The notes: a model not told the origin generated them from the letters alone. 64,000 nucleotides of DNA from an uncultured Gemmatimonadales bacterium (GCA_963716255.1 OY970303.1:5664001-5728000), one strand, 5' to 3'. Positions 45,774 through 56,072 are shown, counted from the stretch's first letter. Numbers and translations: made by a program.

Positions 45774-46322
45774 ATGCGCCTGACCACACGCTTTCTCCCC
45801 GCCCTCCTCCTGGCCGCCCTGCTGCCGTGCGCGCCCGCCGCGGCGCAGCAGACGCAGGGGGTGGAGGCGGTGCTGGTGGGGGCGCGCATCCGCGTCATGG
45901 CGCCCGAGCTGACCCGGGCGTGGATCGGCGGCCGGATGGTGCACGCCGACTCCTCCACCGTCATCGTCGACCCCACCACCCGGCGCTGGGGGTCGCCGCT
46001 GGCGCTGGACCAGGCCGCGATCACGCGCATGCAGCTCTTCCGCGGGCGCATCGGGTCGCAGCGGAACCTGGGGGCGGTGCTGGGCGGGCTGGCCGGGACG
46101 GCGGCGGGGGTGTACTCCGCCTGGGCCATCAAGAACAAGGAGGGGAGCACCGGCGGGTGGGTGCTGGTGCCGCTCTTCTCCTTCGGAGGAGTGGGGATCG
46201 GGGCGGGGGTGGGGGCCGTGGTCCCCCGCGAGGGGTGGGACCCGGTGGACCTACCCGTGCGCGTCATCTACGAGCCGGGCACGGCGCCCGGCCCGGAGTC
46301 GCGCGCCCCCGCGGCGCGCTGA
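45774..46322 (+). CDS. Exported hypothetical protein with glycine-zipper TM helices
   Basis: Signal peptide, Sm-like beta region, GxxxG helices. Confidence 0.7.
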   Translation: MRLTTRFLPALLLAALLPCAPAAAQQTQGVEAVLVGARIRVMAPELTRAWIGGRMVHADSSTVIVDPTTRRWGSPLALDQAAITRMQLFRGRIGSQRNLGAVLGGLAGTAAGVYSAWAIKNKEGSTGGWVLVPLFSFGGVGIGAGVGAVVPREGWDPVDLPVRVIYEPGTAPGPESRAPAAR

Positions 46323-46458
46323 TCCCTCCCGCCGCCGCCCCCCCCGCTCCCTCGTCGTCCCTCCCCGCCGCACGTTTCCCTCCGCATGGCCCCGCGGGTC
46401 CGCCGGGTGTAGATTGCCGCGTTCCCGCACCCAGGCAACCACGCGGAGGATTCACCCG

Positions 46459-48465
46459 ATGAACCGTTCCCGGCCGGCTCCCCCCTTCCGGCTCCTCGCC
46501 GCCGCGGTCGCGCTCCTCCTGTGCGCCGCGCCCGCCGCCGCGCAGACGGCGCGTGCCCCCGAGGCGCCGCAGCGCCCCCGCCCGTACCCCGTGTTCGAGA
46601 CCCCGGAGTTCGCCCGCGCGGTGGAGCGCGGCACGCGCACCCGCACGGGGCGGCCGGGGCCGCGCTACTGGACGCAGTACGCCCGCTACCGGCTGAACGC
46701 CGACCTGGACCCGGCCACCCGCCGGCTCGCGGGGCAGGGGACCATCCAGTACCAGAACCGCTCGCCGGACGTGCTCACCGAGGTGTACGTGCACCTTGCC
46801 CCCAACCTCACGGCGCCCGGGGTGATCCGGAACCGCCCCGTGCAGGAGACGGGCGGAATGGAGCTGTCGCGGGTGATCGCGCAGGGGCGGACGCTCGCCG
46901 CGGTGGAAGCGCTGGACTCGCTGGGGACGCCTGCTTACGTGGTGAGCGGCACCGTGGCCCGGCTGCGCCTGCCGCAGCCGCTGGCCCCCGGCCAGACCGC
47001 CGACCTGGGCTTCTCCTGGAGCTACGTGGTGCCGCCGGACGGCACGCCCCGCACCGGCACCGACGGGGAGGTGTTCTACATCGCCTACTGGTACCCGCAG
47101 CTGGCGGTGTACGACGACGTGTCCGGGTGGCAGGCCGACCCGTACATGGGCAACGCGGAGTTCTACATGGGCTACGCGGACTACGACGTGTCGCTGACGG
47201 TGCCCGAGGGGTGGCTGGTGGCGTCCACCGGGACGCTGCAGAACGCGCAGGAGGTGCTCACCCCGCAGACGCTGTCGCGCCTGGAGGCGGCGCGCACGCA
47301 GCCCGGCGTGGTGCACGTGGTGACGGCGGACGACCGCGCGGCGGGGCGGGCGACGCGCTCGGTCCGGGGCGGGCGGCTCACCTGGCGCTACACCGCGCCG
47401 GGCGTGCGCGACTTCGCCTGGGGGACCTCGCCGCGCTACCTGTGGGACGCCACCCACGCCGTCGCGGGCGACGCGGACGGCGACGGCGACGCGGACACCA
47501 CGGCCATCCACACCTTCTACCGGCCCGAGCGGGTGAGCTGGGCGTGGGACCAGTCGGCGCGCTACGCGCGGCACTCCGTGGAGTTCCTGTCGCGCTACCT
47601 GTGGCCGTACCCGTACCCGCACATGACCGCGGTGGACGGCATCGTGTCGTGCTCGGGGATGGAGTACCCCATGATGACCTGCATCGGCGGGCGGCGCGAC
47701 ACCCTGTCGCTGTACTCGGTGACGGTGCACGAGATCGCCCACATGTGGTTCCCCATGCAGGTGGGCTCGGACGAGCGGCGCTACTCCTGGCAGGACGAGG
47801 GGCTGACGCGCTTCAACCAGGCGCAGGCCATGCGCGAGTTCTTTTCCGGCTACGACCTGGAGACCATCGCACGCAACCAGTACCTGGACCTGGCCCGCAG
47901 GGGGAGCGAGTACGCGGGCGGGCAGGTGGAGCTGATGCGCCACGGCGACCTGTACCCGGTCGCGGGGAGCGCCTTCGGCGTTTCCAGCTACGCCAGGATG
48001 GCCACCAACATGGCGATGCTGCGCGCGCTGCTGGGCGAGGAAACGTTCATGCGCGCCTACCGCGAGTACGGCCGGCGCTGGCTGGGGAAGCACCCGCAGC
48101 CGTACGACCTGTGGAACACCTTCGAGGACGTTTCCGGGCGCGACCTGGACTGGTTCTGGCGCACCTGGTGGTACGAGACGTGGACGCTGGACCAGGCCAT
48201 CGGCGAGGTGCGCATCGCCGGCGACCGCATGGAGGTGGAGGTGATGGACCGCGGGCTCGCCCCCATGCCGGTGCGCCTGGCGGTGACGCGGGCGGACGGG
48301 CGGGTGGAGCGCATCGAGGTGCCGGTGGACGTGTGGCTGGCGGGCGCGCGGCGCCACACCGTGCCGGTGAGCGGCGCGGCCACCGTGGTGCGGGTGGAGA
48401 TCGACCCCGAGAACGCCTTCGCGGACATCGACCGGACCAACCAGGCGTGGACGAGAACGCGGTGA
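46459..48465 (+). CDS. M1 family metallopeptidase, secreted
   Basis: GGAGG RBS, signal peptide, GMEYP, HEIAH-x18-E. Confidence 0.93.
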   Translation: MNRSRPAPPFRLLAAAVALLLCAAPAAAQTARAPEAPQRPRPYPVFETPEFARAVERGTRTRTGRPGPRYWTQYARYRLNADLDPATRRLAGQGTIQYQNRSPDVLTEVYVHLAPNLTAPGVIRNRPVQETGGMELSRVIAQGRTLAAVEALDSLGTPAYVVSGTVARLRLPQPLAPGQTADLGFSWSYVVPPDGTPRTGTDGEVFYIAYWYPQLAVYDDVSGWQADPYMGNAEFYMGYADYDVSLTVPEGWLVASTGTLQNAQEVLTPQTLSRLEAARTQPGVVHVVTADDRAAGRATRSVRGGRLTWRYTAPGVRDFAWGTSPRYLWDATHAVAGDADGDGDADTTAIHTFYRPERVSWAWDQSARYARHSVEFLSRYLWPYPYPHMTAVDGIVSCSGMEYPMMTCIGGRRDTLSLYSVTVHEIAHMWFPMQVGSDERRYSWQDEGLTRFNQAQAMREFFSGYDLETIARNQYLDLARRGSEYAGGQVELMRHGDLYPVAGSAFGVSSYARMATNMAMLRALLGEETFMRAYREYGRRWLGKHPQPYDLWNTFEDVSGRDLDWFWRTWWYETWTLDQAIGEVRIAGDRMEVEVMDRGLAPMPVRLAVTRADGRVERIEVPVDVWLAGARRHTVPVSGAATVVRVEIDPENAFADIDRTNQAWTRTR

Positions 48466-49268
48466 GCCGGCCCGCGGCCGCGGGGTGGTGGTTCGTCTTC
48501 CGCGGCCGCGAGCTGCTGGTGGGGAGCGAGGGGGAGGCGCTGCGCCTCCCCCTCGCCACGGACCCGGCGGAGCTTTCGGTGGAGCCGCTGCGGGTGCTGG
48601 AGCTGGAGCCGGTGCAGGGGGTCGCCGCGTGGGCCGCCGAGGCGCCCGCGGAGTGGGAGCCGCCCGCCGGGATGGAGCTGCGGGGTCTGCGCGCCACCTG
48701 GGGGCTGCTGGACGAGCCCCTCTTCCGCCTGGCGGGGCGCGCCGTGCAGCTGGTGGACTGGGACCGCACCCACCGCTTCTGCGGCGCGTGCGCCACCCCC
48801 ACCCGGGTGCGCGCGTGGGAGCGCGCCCGCGAGTGCCCGGCGTGCGGGCTGGTGGCGTACCCGCGCCTGTCGCCCGCGGTGATCATGCTGGTGCGCGACG
48901 GCGACCGGCTGCTCCTGGGCCGCCACGCGGGGCTGGCGCCGGGGATGTACAGCACGCTGGCGGGGTTCGTGGAGCCGGGGGAGAGCCTGGAGGAGGCGGT
49001 CGCGCGGGAGGTGCGCGAGGAGACGGGGGTGGAGGTGCGCGGCGTCCGCTACTTCGGGAGCCAGCCCTGGCCCTTTCCGAACTCTCTGATGATCGGCTTC
49101 ACGGCGGAGTACGCGGGCGGCGAGCTGGCGGTGGACCGCGCGGAGCTGGAGGACGCGGGGTGGTTCGAGCCGGACGCGCTCCCCACGGTCCCGCCCCCGC
49201 TGAGCATCGCGCGGCAGCTGATCGACGCGTTCCTGGCGGAGCGGGAGCAGCGGCGGGGCGCAGGGTAG
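48462..49268 (+). CDS. nudC: NAD(+) diphosphatase
   Basis: Zn finger FCGAC..CPAC, YPR, Nudix box AGFVEPGESLEEAVAREVREE, SQPWPFP.S. Confidence 0.95.
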   Translation: MSRPAAAGWWFVFRGRELLVGSEGEALRLPLATDPAELSVEPLRVLELEPVQGVAAWAAEAPAEWEPPAGMELRGLRATWGLLDEPLFRLAGRAVQLVDWDRTHRFCGACATPTRVRAWERARECPACGLVAYPRLSPAVIMLVRDGDRLLLGRHAGLAPGMYSTLAGFVEPGESLEEAVAREVREETGVEVRGVRYFGSQPWPFPNSLMIGFTAEYAGGELAVDRAELEDAGWFEPDALPTVPPPLSIARQLIDAFLAEREQRRGAG

Positions 49269-49274
49269 GCCCCG

Positions 49275-49769
49275 CTACGCGTACTCCGGGTGGCGGGCGA
49301 TGAACTTTTCCAGCGTCGCCATCGCCATCTTCCGCCGGGCGCCGGGGACGAGCCACGACATCACCCCCTTCGCCGGCCCCAGCGCCTGCACCCCCCACCG
49401 GAGCGCGCTGCACGAGTCCAGGTGCTCGATGACCAGCCCGTCCACGAAGTGGAAGTCGGAGCGGATGACGTTGCGCACGCGGCGGCCGGTGGCGCGGAAG
49501 GTGTAGTCGTCCACCAGGTCCACCGTGGCGGCGCGGCCGTCCACCCGCCTCACGGTGAACGTGGCCCGCAGGTCCGACTCCGAGATCATGTGCCACATGG
49601 CGTGGATGCGCTTCCTGCCGCTCAGCGTGAAGGCGATGTCCCGGAAGACCGCGTCCGGGTGGTAGCACGCCGCCATGCCCTGGTGGTCCCCCGCGTCCAG
49701 GCAGGTGTAGAGCTTTTCCAGCACCAGCGCCTGCTTGGAGGGCGCGCCCTTCTGGTGCAGCTTCGACAT
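49275..49769 (-). CDS. SnoaL/NTF2-like protein
   Basis: MAACYHPD..F.D.AF, YTF..TGRRV.N, I.EH.D. Confidence 0.82.
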   Translation of the reverse strand: MSKLHQKGAPSKQALVLEKLYTCLDAGDHQGMAACYHPDAVFRDIAFTLSGRKRIHAMWHMISESDLRATFTVRRVDGRAATVDLVDDYTFRATGRRVRNVIRSDFHFVDGLVIEHLDSCSALRWGVQALGPAKGVMSWLVPGARRKMAMATLEKFIARHPEYA

Positions 49770-49881
49770 GGTGCCTCCGTGGCGAGGAGATGAGTCTCCC
49801 CATAGAGTAGCGCCGCCCGCGTGCGGGACAAGGGTCCCGTTCGCGTTCCACCCGGCCCGACCGCAGCGGAGGGTGCCGCGC

Positions 49882-50679
49882 ATGCACATCGACCAGCTGC
49901 CTTACAGGGAGCTGCACGACGCCGTGCTGGAGTACGAGGGCGAGGAGCTGTTCGGCGACCTCGTGCGGCCGTGGCTTCGCGCGAACGAGGGCGAGCGGCG
50001 GTGGCTCGCGGCGGTCCGCGGGCGCGCGGGACGCCCGGTGCCGCCCATGCGGCCGGAGGAGCTGTGGCGCCTCTACGCGCTTTCCAGGATCGTGGAGCTC
50101 CTCCAGCTCTCGTTCGCGCCGCGCACGGACGACCCCGCCTGGGACGTGGCGCCGGTCGGCGTGGACGACTTCGCGGAGTTCATGGCGGCGCTCGGCCTGG
50201 AGGCGGTGGAGCGCCCCGGCTTCCACCCCTTCTACCACGAGGTGGTGACGGTGGATTCGGCGCCGGAGGAGAGCGCGCCGCCGGAGGTGGTCCAGCTCTA
50301 CTGGCCCGGCTGCCGCCTGGGTCCGCTGATCGTTTCCCGCGCGGGCTGCCGCGTGCGGGCGGGGCGGCTCCACCTGCGCGGGGAGGTGGCGGAGCGCTCC
50401 AGGCTGTACTGGGCGTACGCCCGCAACGGCCGCCCCACCGAGGACCTGGCCAGCGGCTGGGGCGGCAACTCGCAGTGGCGCACGCCGCTGCGGCGGGACT
50501 ACGCGCTGGGCGGGATGCTGTACTACAACGTGGACGCGAAGCCGTCGCCCGGGGGAGCGGACCCCGGGCTGGACGCGGCGGAGCGCGCCGAGCTCCTGCG
50601 GCACCGCTGCTTCGTCGCGTGCGGCAGGCCGGGCGAGGACCGGTGGCCCTACGACCTCAGCCTGGTGGAGCCGGGGTAG
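49882..50679 (+). CDS. Hypothetical protein
   Basis: GGAGG RBS; clean ORF with motifs LYALSR, FHPFYHE, DL..GWG.NSQWRT..RRDY, RHRC. Confidence 0.75.
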   Translation: MHIDQLPYRELHDAVLEYEGEELFGDLVRPWLRANEGERRWLAAVRGRAGRPVPPMRPEELWRLYALSRIVELLQLSFAPRTDDPAWDVAPVGVDDFAEFMAALGLEAVERPGFHPFYHEVVTVDSAPEESAPPEVVQLYWPGCRLGPLIVSRAGCRVRAGRLHLRGEVAERSRLYWAYARNGRPTEDLASGWGGNSQWRTPLRRDYALGGMLYYNVDAKPSPGGADPGLDAAERAELLRHRCFVACGRPGEDRWPYDLSLVEPG

Positions 50680-50725
50680 CGCGGACGTGCCGCGGCGCGG
50701 CCAGTCGGCGGAGTCGCCGGAAGCA

Positions 50726-50760
50726 GACAGGGGAGGAGCCGCCGCGGCTCCTCCCCTGTC
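50726..50760. terminator. Perfect hairpin between convergent genes
   Basis: GACAGGGGAGGAGCCG...CGGCTCCTCCCCTGTC. Confidence 0.65.
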
Positions 50761-50764
50761 GTAT

Positions 50765-50965
50765 TCATCCCACGCTCTCGCCGTCCTCCGCCGTCGTTCC
50801 GTCCGCCGCGTCGGCCTTTCCGCCGGGCGGCTCCAGCTGCTCGCCGCTCTCGCGCAGCAGCTCCCGGCTCCGCTCGATGGCCTCGCGCATCCGCCGGAGG
50901 GCTTCCCGGGCCGCTTCGCGGCGCACGGCGGTCTCGTCGATGGTGTGCTGGAAGCGGTCCGTCAT
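50765..50965 (-). CDS. Small coiled-coil hypothetical protein
   Basis: 66-aa charged helical ORF ending at the hairpin. Confidence 0.5.
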   Translation of the reverse strand: MTDRFQHTIDETAVRREAAREALRRMREAIERSRELLRESGEQLEPPGGKADAADGTTAEDGESVG

Positions 50966-51268
50966 GGGGTGGCGAGGTCTTCGTCCGCGGCGGCGCCTCC
51001 GGGAGGGATGCGGGCGCGGTGGGATCGGGGCCGGTCCGGCGGGTCCGGGGGGGATCGCGCACCAAGATATCCAGACGTTTCCGGGCTCGCCAGACCAGCG
51101 GGAGCAACGGCGTCGGCGGAGACCCAGGGGGCGTATGAGGGTGCCCGGAGAGACGCCTGCGGGGCGGGTAGATGGGGCTGTTGGACTGGAGAAGCGAGTC
51201 GCTTACAATACGACATTACGGCCCGTTTGCCGGCAACAACGCGGTGACCACCCGGTTCCGGAGGATGG

Positions 51269-52546
51269 ATGAAGCGACGAGAGGGAGGGCAGCGGCCCCG
51301 CGTCCCGCCCCTGCCGCCCGGACTCGTGCTGCACGGCGGGGACGGGGCGTGGGACGTGGTGCTGCGCGAGCTGCCCGACCCGGCGGCCCTGCCCGCCTGG
51401 GAAACGCTGCGCTTCCTGCGCCTGTGGCTCGCCGCGGAGCCGTCGCGGCGGGCCGACCTTTTCCGCGAGGGCGCGCAGGCACGGCGCGAGCTGGAGCTGG
51501 TCCACCAGACCTTCGACCTGGACCTGACGGGGCCGCTCTCGGTCCTGGCCGAGTTGCTGGCGGACGGGAGCACCGAGCCCGGGGAGGTGGTGTGGGCGTG
51601 CCTGTGCGTTGCGGAGTGGGCGAACCTCCGCGGCGCGCGCGAGACGGCAGGGTTGTTCGCGGAGACGGCCGCGCTGGCCGCGCCGGAGAAGCCGGGGTTG
51701 GCGTTCGTCGCCGGGCGGATGGCGCGGTCCCGCGGCGACGGCTTCAGGGCGGAGCGATGGCTCCGGCGGGCCGCATCGGTGGCGTGGCGGGTGGAGGAGT
51801 GGGAGGTGTATGCCCGCAGCGTGAACAGTCTGGGGAACCTACGCTGGGAGCAGGGATCATATTCGTCGGCGCGGAGGCTCCATGAGAAAGCGCTCCGTGC
51901 TGCACGGCGGAACCGACTTGGGGACGTGGAGGGAGAAATCCTCCACGACCTGTTCATTGTCAGCTTCACCACGCGCGACTTCAAGCGAGCCGAGGAGTTC
52001 TGCCAGGGTGCGTCGTCCTTTTACCTCAAAGGCAATTCCCGCCTACCTCAATTCGCCCACGACATCGCTTACTTCTGGATCACGCAGGGTTATTTTGCGC
52101 GTGCCTTGCCCGTCGTCCAGTTGCTCCTCTTGAAATTCCACCTGCCACACGAGCGGCTAAAAGTCCTCGCGTCGGCTGCGCGGGCCGCCGCAGCCTGCGG
52201 GAAGGATGAAGTTTATCAGCGGCTCCGGGTTGAAGCCGATACGCTGGTCTCCGACCTGGAGGACACGTCGACGCTCGCTGCTGCACTGGTAGAGATCGCA
52301 ATCGGGGCTTCCAGCTTAGGCGACTGGGAACATGCGACGTCTGCCGCCATTCACGCGCAAGCGGCTGCTCAAGAGCGCAGCGAAGCGGATGTCGTGTTCC
52401 GAGCCGAAGCGGTTCTCGCTGCCGTGCAGAGCCAGCGCAAGGCGGAAGTAGACGGCCGCTCGGGGGGCCGGCTCCCGAATGCCGGGGACGAGCTTGCAAC
52501 CGCCATCGTGCGTCGCTTGCGGGGTACGCCGGCAGATCCGGAATAG
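51269..52546 (+). CDS. Tetratricopeptide-repeat (all-helical) protein
   Basis: TPR-like helices ARSVNSLGNL...G.Y..A, EILHDLF, AHDIAYFW; no signal peptide or catalytic domain seen. Confidence 0.8.
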   Translation: MKRREGGQRPRVPPLPPGLVLHGGDGAWDVVLRELPDPAALPAWETLRFLRLWLAAEPSRRADLFREGAQARRELELVHQTFDLDLTGPLSVLAELLADGSTEPGEVVWACLCVAEWANLRGARETAGLFAETAALAAPEKPGLAFVAGRMARSRGDGFRAERWLRRAASVAWRVEEWEVYARSVNSLGNLRWEQGSYSSARRLHEKALRAARRNRLGDVEGEILHDLFIVSFTTRDFKRAEEFCQGASSFYLKGNSRLPQFAHDIAYFWITQGYFARALPVVQLLLLKFHLPHERLKVLASAARAAAACGKDEVYQRLRVEADTLVSDLEDTSTLAAALVEIAIGASSLGDWEHATSAAIHAQAAAQERSEADVVFRAEAVLAAVQSQRKAEVDGRSGGRLPNAGDELATAIVRRLRGTPADPE

Positions 52547-52575
52547 GCACGCCGTGAGTTCTGCAACAAACCAGT

Positions 52576-52782
52576 TCAATTTCCCGAGCCAAAGGTGTTC
52601 GTCCCCCGCGAACCCGTCGGTGCGGCGTCGCCGCTCCCGGAGCCTCCGGTCACGGCGATGCTGTCGGTCGAGGCTGCCGGCCGAGAAGCTGGCGTGGAGG
52701 GAACTGCGGTCGGCACACTTTCCCGGCAAGCCGATCCCAGGACGGTGAGCGCGAGCACAAGGGCGGTTCGGAGGTACTTCAT
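52576..52782 (-). CDS. 68-aa lipoprotein/propeptide ending RGTNTFGSGN
   Basis: CAGGAG RBS, MKYLRT-hydrophobic-LGSAC lipobox, low-complexity linker. Confidence 0.75.
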   Translation of the reverse strand: MKYLRTALVLALTVLGSACRESVPTAVPSTPASRPAASTDSIAVTGGSGSGDAAPTGSRGTNTFGSGN

Positions 52783-52821
52783 CGGGCGCTCCTGAACAGA
52801 GAGGATGGCTGTTTCAGCTCG

Positions 52822-52850
52822 TATAATGCCGCTCCCATAATCAGTGTCAA
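52822..52850. promoter_or_regulatory. AT-rich divergent promoter region
   Basis: TATAAT on + (52822-52827) and TTGACA on - (52850-52845) between the peptide and AraC genes. Confidence 0.45.
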
Positions 52851-52889
52851 CAGTCCCACCATCCAAAATACCCGCTCCCGATAGGCCAC

Positions 52890-53687
52890 ATGCGAAGGTA
52901 CGCCACCCGGCCGCTGTACGTGCAGAAGTCGCTGCCGCTCTATGAGCCGATGCTGGCGGAGCTGCGCGACCGCTTTCACCTGCGCGCGCTGGACGGCTGG
53001 GACGACGTGCTGCATGCCGTGCAGGCGGCGCCCGCGTCGGGGGTGTTTCTGGTGGACCCGTACGAGGCCGGGAGCGGCGCCCTCGCCCCGGGGCTGCGGA
53101 CGCTGCTCGCGACTCACCCATCCGCGACCATGGTCGCGGTGATGAGCCTGGGCCCGGACTGCGGGAGCGCCGTGCGGACGCTGCTGGGCTGGGGAGTGGC
53201 GGACGTCGTGGCGCTGGGGGTGGAGGACACGCCGGACGCGATGCGCGCGCGGCTGCTGGGCGCGCACGCCCGGCGGCTGAAGCGGATGCTGGAGTCGGCG
53301 CTGGCGCCCCTCCTCACCGTGGGCGGGCACACGCTGCTGCTCGCCGCGGCCGAGGCGGTCGCGGACGGGGGCGGGTCGGGCGAGCTGGCGCGCGTGCTCC
53401 ACGCGAACCCCCGGACGGTGGCAGCGACGTGCCGGAGGGAACGGCTCCCCAACCCACGGCGCCTGCTCGCCTGGGTGCGCCTGCTGCTGGCCGCCGCGCT
53501 GCTGGACGAGGGAGGGCGCACTGTGGCCCGGGTGGCGGGGGCGTGTGGCTACACCACCGACGGCGCGCTGCGGCGCGCGCTGCGCACCTTTCCCGGCCGC
53601 GGCGCCGCGGCCCTCCGGCGCGAGGGTGCCTTCGCCGTGGCGTCCCGTGTGTTCGCGGCGGAGCTGCGGATGGCGCGGTCCGGGTAG
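52890..53687 (+). CDS. AraC-type HTH transcriptional regulator
   Basis: LAR.L...PRT....C....LP.PR, WVRL, TVARVA..CGY. Confidence 0.82.
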   Translation: MRRYATRPLYVQKSLPLYEPMLAELRDRFHLRALDGWDDVLHAVQAAPASGVFLVDPYEAGSGALAPGLRTLLATHPSATMVAVMSLGPDCGSAVRTLLGWGVADVVALGVEDTPDAMRARLLGAHARRLKRMLESALAPLLTVGGHTLLLAAAEAVADGGGSGELARVLHANPRTVAATCRRERLPNPRRLLAWVRLLLAAALLDEGGRTVARVAGACGYTTDGALRRALRTFPGRGAAALRREGAFAVASRVFAAELRMARSG

Positions 53688-53846
53688 CTGGCCCACTCGG
53701 CCGTCACCGCTGGCTGGACTCCCGGCGCCGCGAGCCGGCCGGAGCGCTTCCACCGGTCCGCCCCCGGCCTTTCTGCGCAGGTACTCCGCGAACCATCCGG
53801 GCACCTCGCTGCGCCCGGCTTCAGCCGGGGCGAGGCCGCCGCCGCC

Positions 53847-54587
53847 TCATCCCGGGAGGGGGTTCATCCGCCGGAACACCTCGTCCAGCTCCGCGCGCGA
53901 GGCGCGGCTGTTCGTCTCCGAGGTGCCGTAGGGGATCTCCAGCTCGCCGCGCCCCAGGCGCTCCATGACCGAGTCCGCGAACTCGTCCAGCGGCGCGCCG
54001 AAGGTGTGCAGCCCGGGGCCGCCCAGGTCGGTGTCGACGGCGGGAGGGATCACCTCGATCACCTCCACCGGCGTGCCCGCGAGCTGGTGGCGCAGCGACA
54101 GCGTGAAGGAGTGCAGCGCCGCCTTGGTCGCGCAGTACACCGGCGCCGAGGCCATGGGGACGAACGCCAGTCCCGAGGTGACGTTGACCACCGCGGCGCG
54201 CGGCTGCCGGAGCAGGTGGGGAAGGAAGAGCAGCGACAGGTGCACCGGCGCCTCGAAGTTGACCGCGGTCTCCCGCCGCGTCTCGCTCCACGCCTCCGGC
54301 TCGGCGAGGCGGAAGCGGCGCTGGATGCCGGCGTTGTTGACCAGCACGTCGAGGGCGGGGAACTCCCGCGCCGCCCACTCGAAGAGCGCCGCGCGCTCCG
54401 CCTCGTCCGCCACGTCGGCGACGCGGGTGTGCAGCGCGGGGTGCCTTTCCCGGGCCTCGCGCAGCCGGTCCGCGCGCCGCCCGCAGACGATCACCTCGCT
54501 CCCCGCGCGGAGGAAGCGCTCCGCCATGGCCAGCCCGATCCCCGTCGCGCCGCCGGTCACCAGCACCGTGTTTCCGCTCAGCTCCAT
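53847..54587 (-). CDS. Short-chain dehydrogenase (DltE-like)
   Basis: TGGATGIG, NNAG, YCATK. Confidence 0.93.
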   Translation of the reverse strand: MELSGNTVLVTGGATGIGLAMAERFLRAGSEVIVCGRRADRLREARERHPALHTRVADVADEAERAALFEWAAREFPALDVLVNNAGIQRRFRLAEPEAWSETRRETAVNFEAPVHLSLLFLPHLLRQPRAAVVNVTSGLAFVPMASAPVYCATKAALHSFTLSLRHQLAGTPVEVIEVIPPAVDTDLGGPGLHTFGAPLDEFADSVMERLGRGELEIPYGTSETNSRASRAELDEVFRRMNPLPG

Positions 54588-54591
54588 GGTC

Positions 54592-55755
54592 TCACCCCGT
54601 TGTGGCTGCGGTCTCGTCCGCCGCGGCCCGGCGGAGCGTGACGGCGGTGACCTCCGGGAGCGTCCCGATGCGGAACGGGATCCCCCAGAAGTTGGTGCCC
54701 GGGTTGATGTAGAGGACGGAGCCGCCGGCGCGGTACGTCCCCATCGCCAGCTCCAGGAAGAGCGAGGCCGCGCTCCACCCCAGCCGCGGGGCGGCGAGCT
54801 GGCCGTAGTGCGTGTGGCCGCTCAGCGTCAGCGGCACCCCGCGCTCGGCCAGCGCCGGCCAGAGCGCCGGGTTGTGCGCCAGGGCGAGGACGAACTCCCC
54901 CGGCGGGACCGGGGCCAGCGTGCGGGCGAGGTCCGGCGCGGCCGAGGCCCCGCCGCCGCGCCCCACCTGGCCCCCGGCGGGGTCGCCGGTGCCCGCCACC
55001 CAGAAGCGCGCGCCGCCGCGCTCGCGCGCCACGGCGTCGTTCACCAGCACCGTCCACCCCATCGACTCCAGCCCGCGGCGCACCGCCGCCCACCCGGCGT
55101 ACACGTCGTGGTTGCCGGGGATGGCGAACACTCCCAGCGGCGCCGCCAGCCCGCCGAAGGCCGCCGCGAAGGGCTCCACGTCGCGCGCGTAGTCGTCCAC
55201 CTGGTCGCCGGTGACGGCGATCAGCTCCGGCCGGGCGTCGCGCACCGCCGCGGCGATGCGCGCCAGGTGCCGCCGCGAGGTGTGCGGCCCCACGTGCAGG
55301 TCGGAGAGCTGCACCACGCGCAGCCCGTCCAGCCCGTCCGGGAGCCCCGCGAGCGGCAGCTCCATGCGGCGCACGACGAGCCGGCGCGTGCCCGCGAACC
55401 CCCACGCCCCGAGCACCGCCAGCGTAGACGCGGCGGCCGCCATGGCGCCGCGGCCCGCCCGTCCGCCGGCCCCGAAGGGGAGCCCGGCGAGTGTCCCCAC
55501 CAGCCCCGCCATCGCCACCAGCGGCACCATGAGCTGCGCGTACCAGAACGGGCGGAACACCCACAGCCGGGTGGGCGCCGAGGGATACGCGCCGCCGCCG
55601 AAGGCCCGCGCGAGCACCGGCAGCGGGGCCACGGTGAGCGCCGCCGCCGCGAGCACCGCCGCCCAGCCGCCCGGGAGCACCGGCCGGAGCAGCCCGCCGA
55701 TGACGAGCCAGCAGGCGCCCGTCCAGAGCAGCAGGACCGTGACGACGCGCCGCAT
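54592..55755 (-). CDS. Membrane-anchored metallophosphoesterase (YkuE-like)
   Basis: N-terminal TMs; SDLH, TGD.VD, GNHD, AHNP, SGHTH.GQ. Confidence 0.92.
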   Translation of the reverse strand: MRRVVTVLLLWTGACWLVIGGLLRPVLPGGWAAVLAAAALTVAPLPVLARAFGGGAYPSAPTRLWVFRPFWYAQLMVPLVAMAGLVGTLAGLPFGAGGRAGRGAMAAAASTLAVLGAWGFAGTRRLVVRRMELPLAGLPDGLDGLRVVQLSDLHVGPHTSRRHLARIAAAVRDARPELIAVTGDQVDDYARDVEPFAAAFGGLAAPLGVFAIPGNHDVYAGWAAVRRGLESMGWTVLVNDAVARERGGARFWVAGTGDPAGGQVGRGGGASAAPDLARTLAPVPPGEFVLALAHNPALWPALAERGVPLTLSGHTHYGQLAAPRLGWSAASLFLELAMGTYRAGGSVLYINPGTNFWGIPFRIGTLPEVTAVTLRRAAADETAATTG

Positions 55756-55898
55756 CGAGGGCACGCCGGCTACCCGTTTCTGGAGTGCGGGGTGAGGCAG
55801 GCCATGGAGTCGTCCGTTCGGGGTTCCTGGTGCAGGGCGGGGGCGACGTATCAAGTCCCGGGCCGGTCGTGTGTTCTCCTGGGGCGGGGGGCGGTGGC

Positions 55899-56072
55899 GG
55901 GGCCGCTCCGGAGCCGGACGATACTGCCGTCCGTCTCCTGCGCGGGCTCCGGGAGCCACCGGAAACTGCCCCGGTGTCTCCCTTCGCCGGAGTGAGCCTC
56001 GCACGGCGCCTTTGAACTGCGGCGCCGGCGAGTCTCCCTCCGAACGGACTCGTGTGGGTACCGCGGAACTGC
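55899..56072 (+). repeat. Structured repeat family B, copy 5
   Basis: GGGGCCGCTCCGGAGCCGGACGATACTGCCGTCCGTCTC...GAGCCACCGGAAACTGCCCCGGTGTCTC...GAGTCTCCCTCCG...GGGTACCGCGGAACTGC. Confidence 0.9.
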
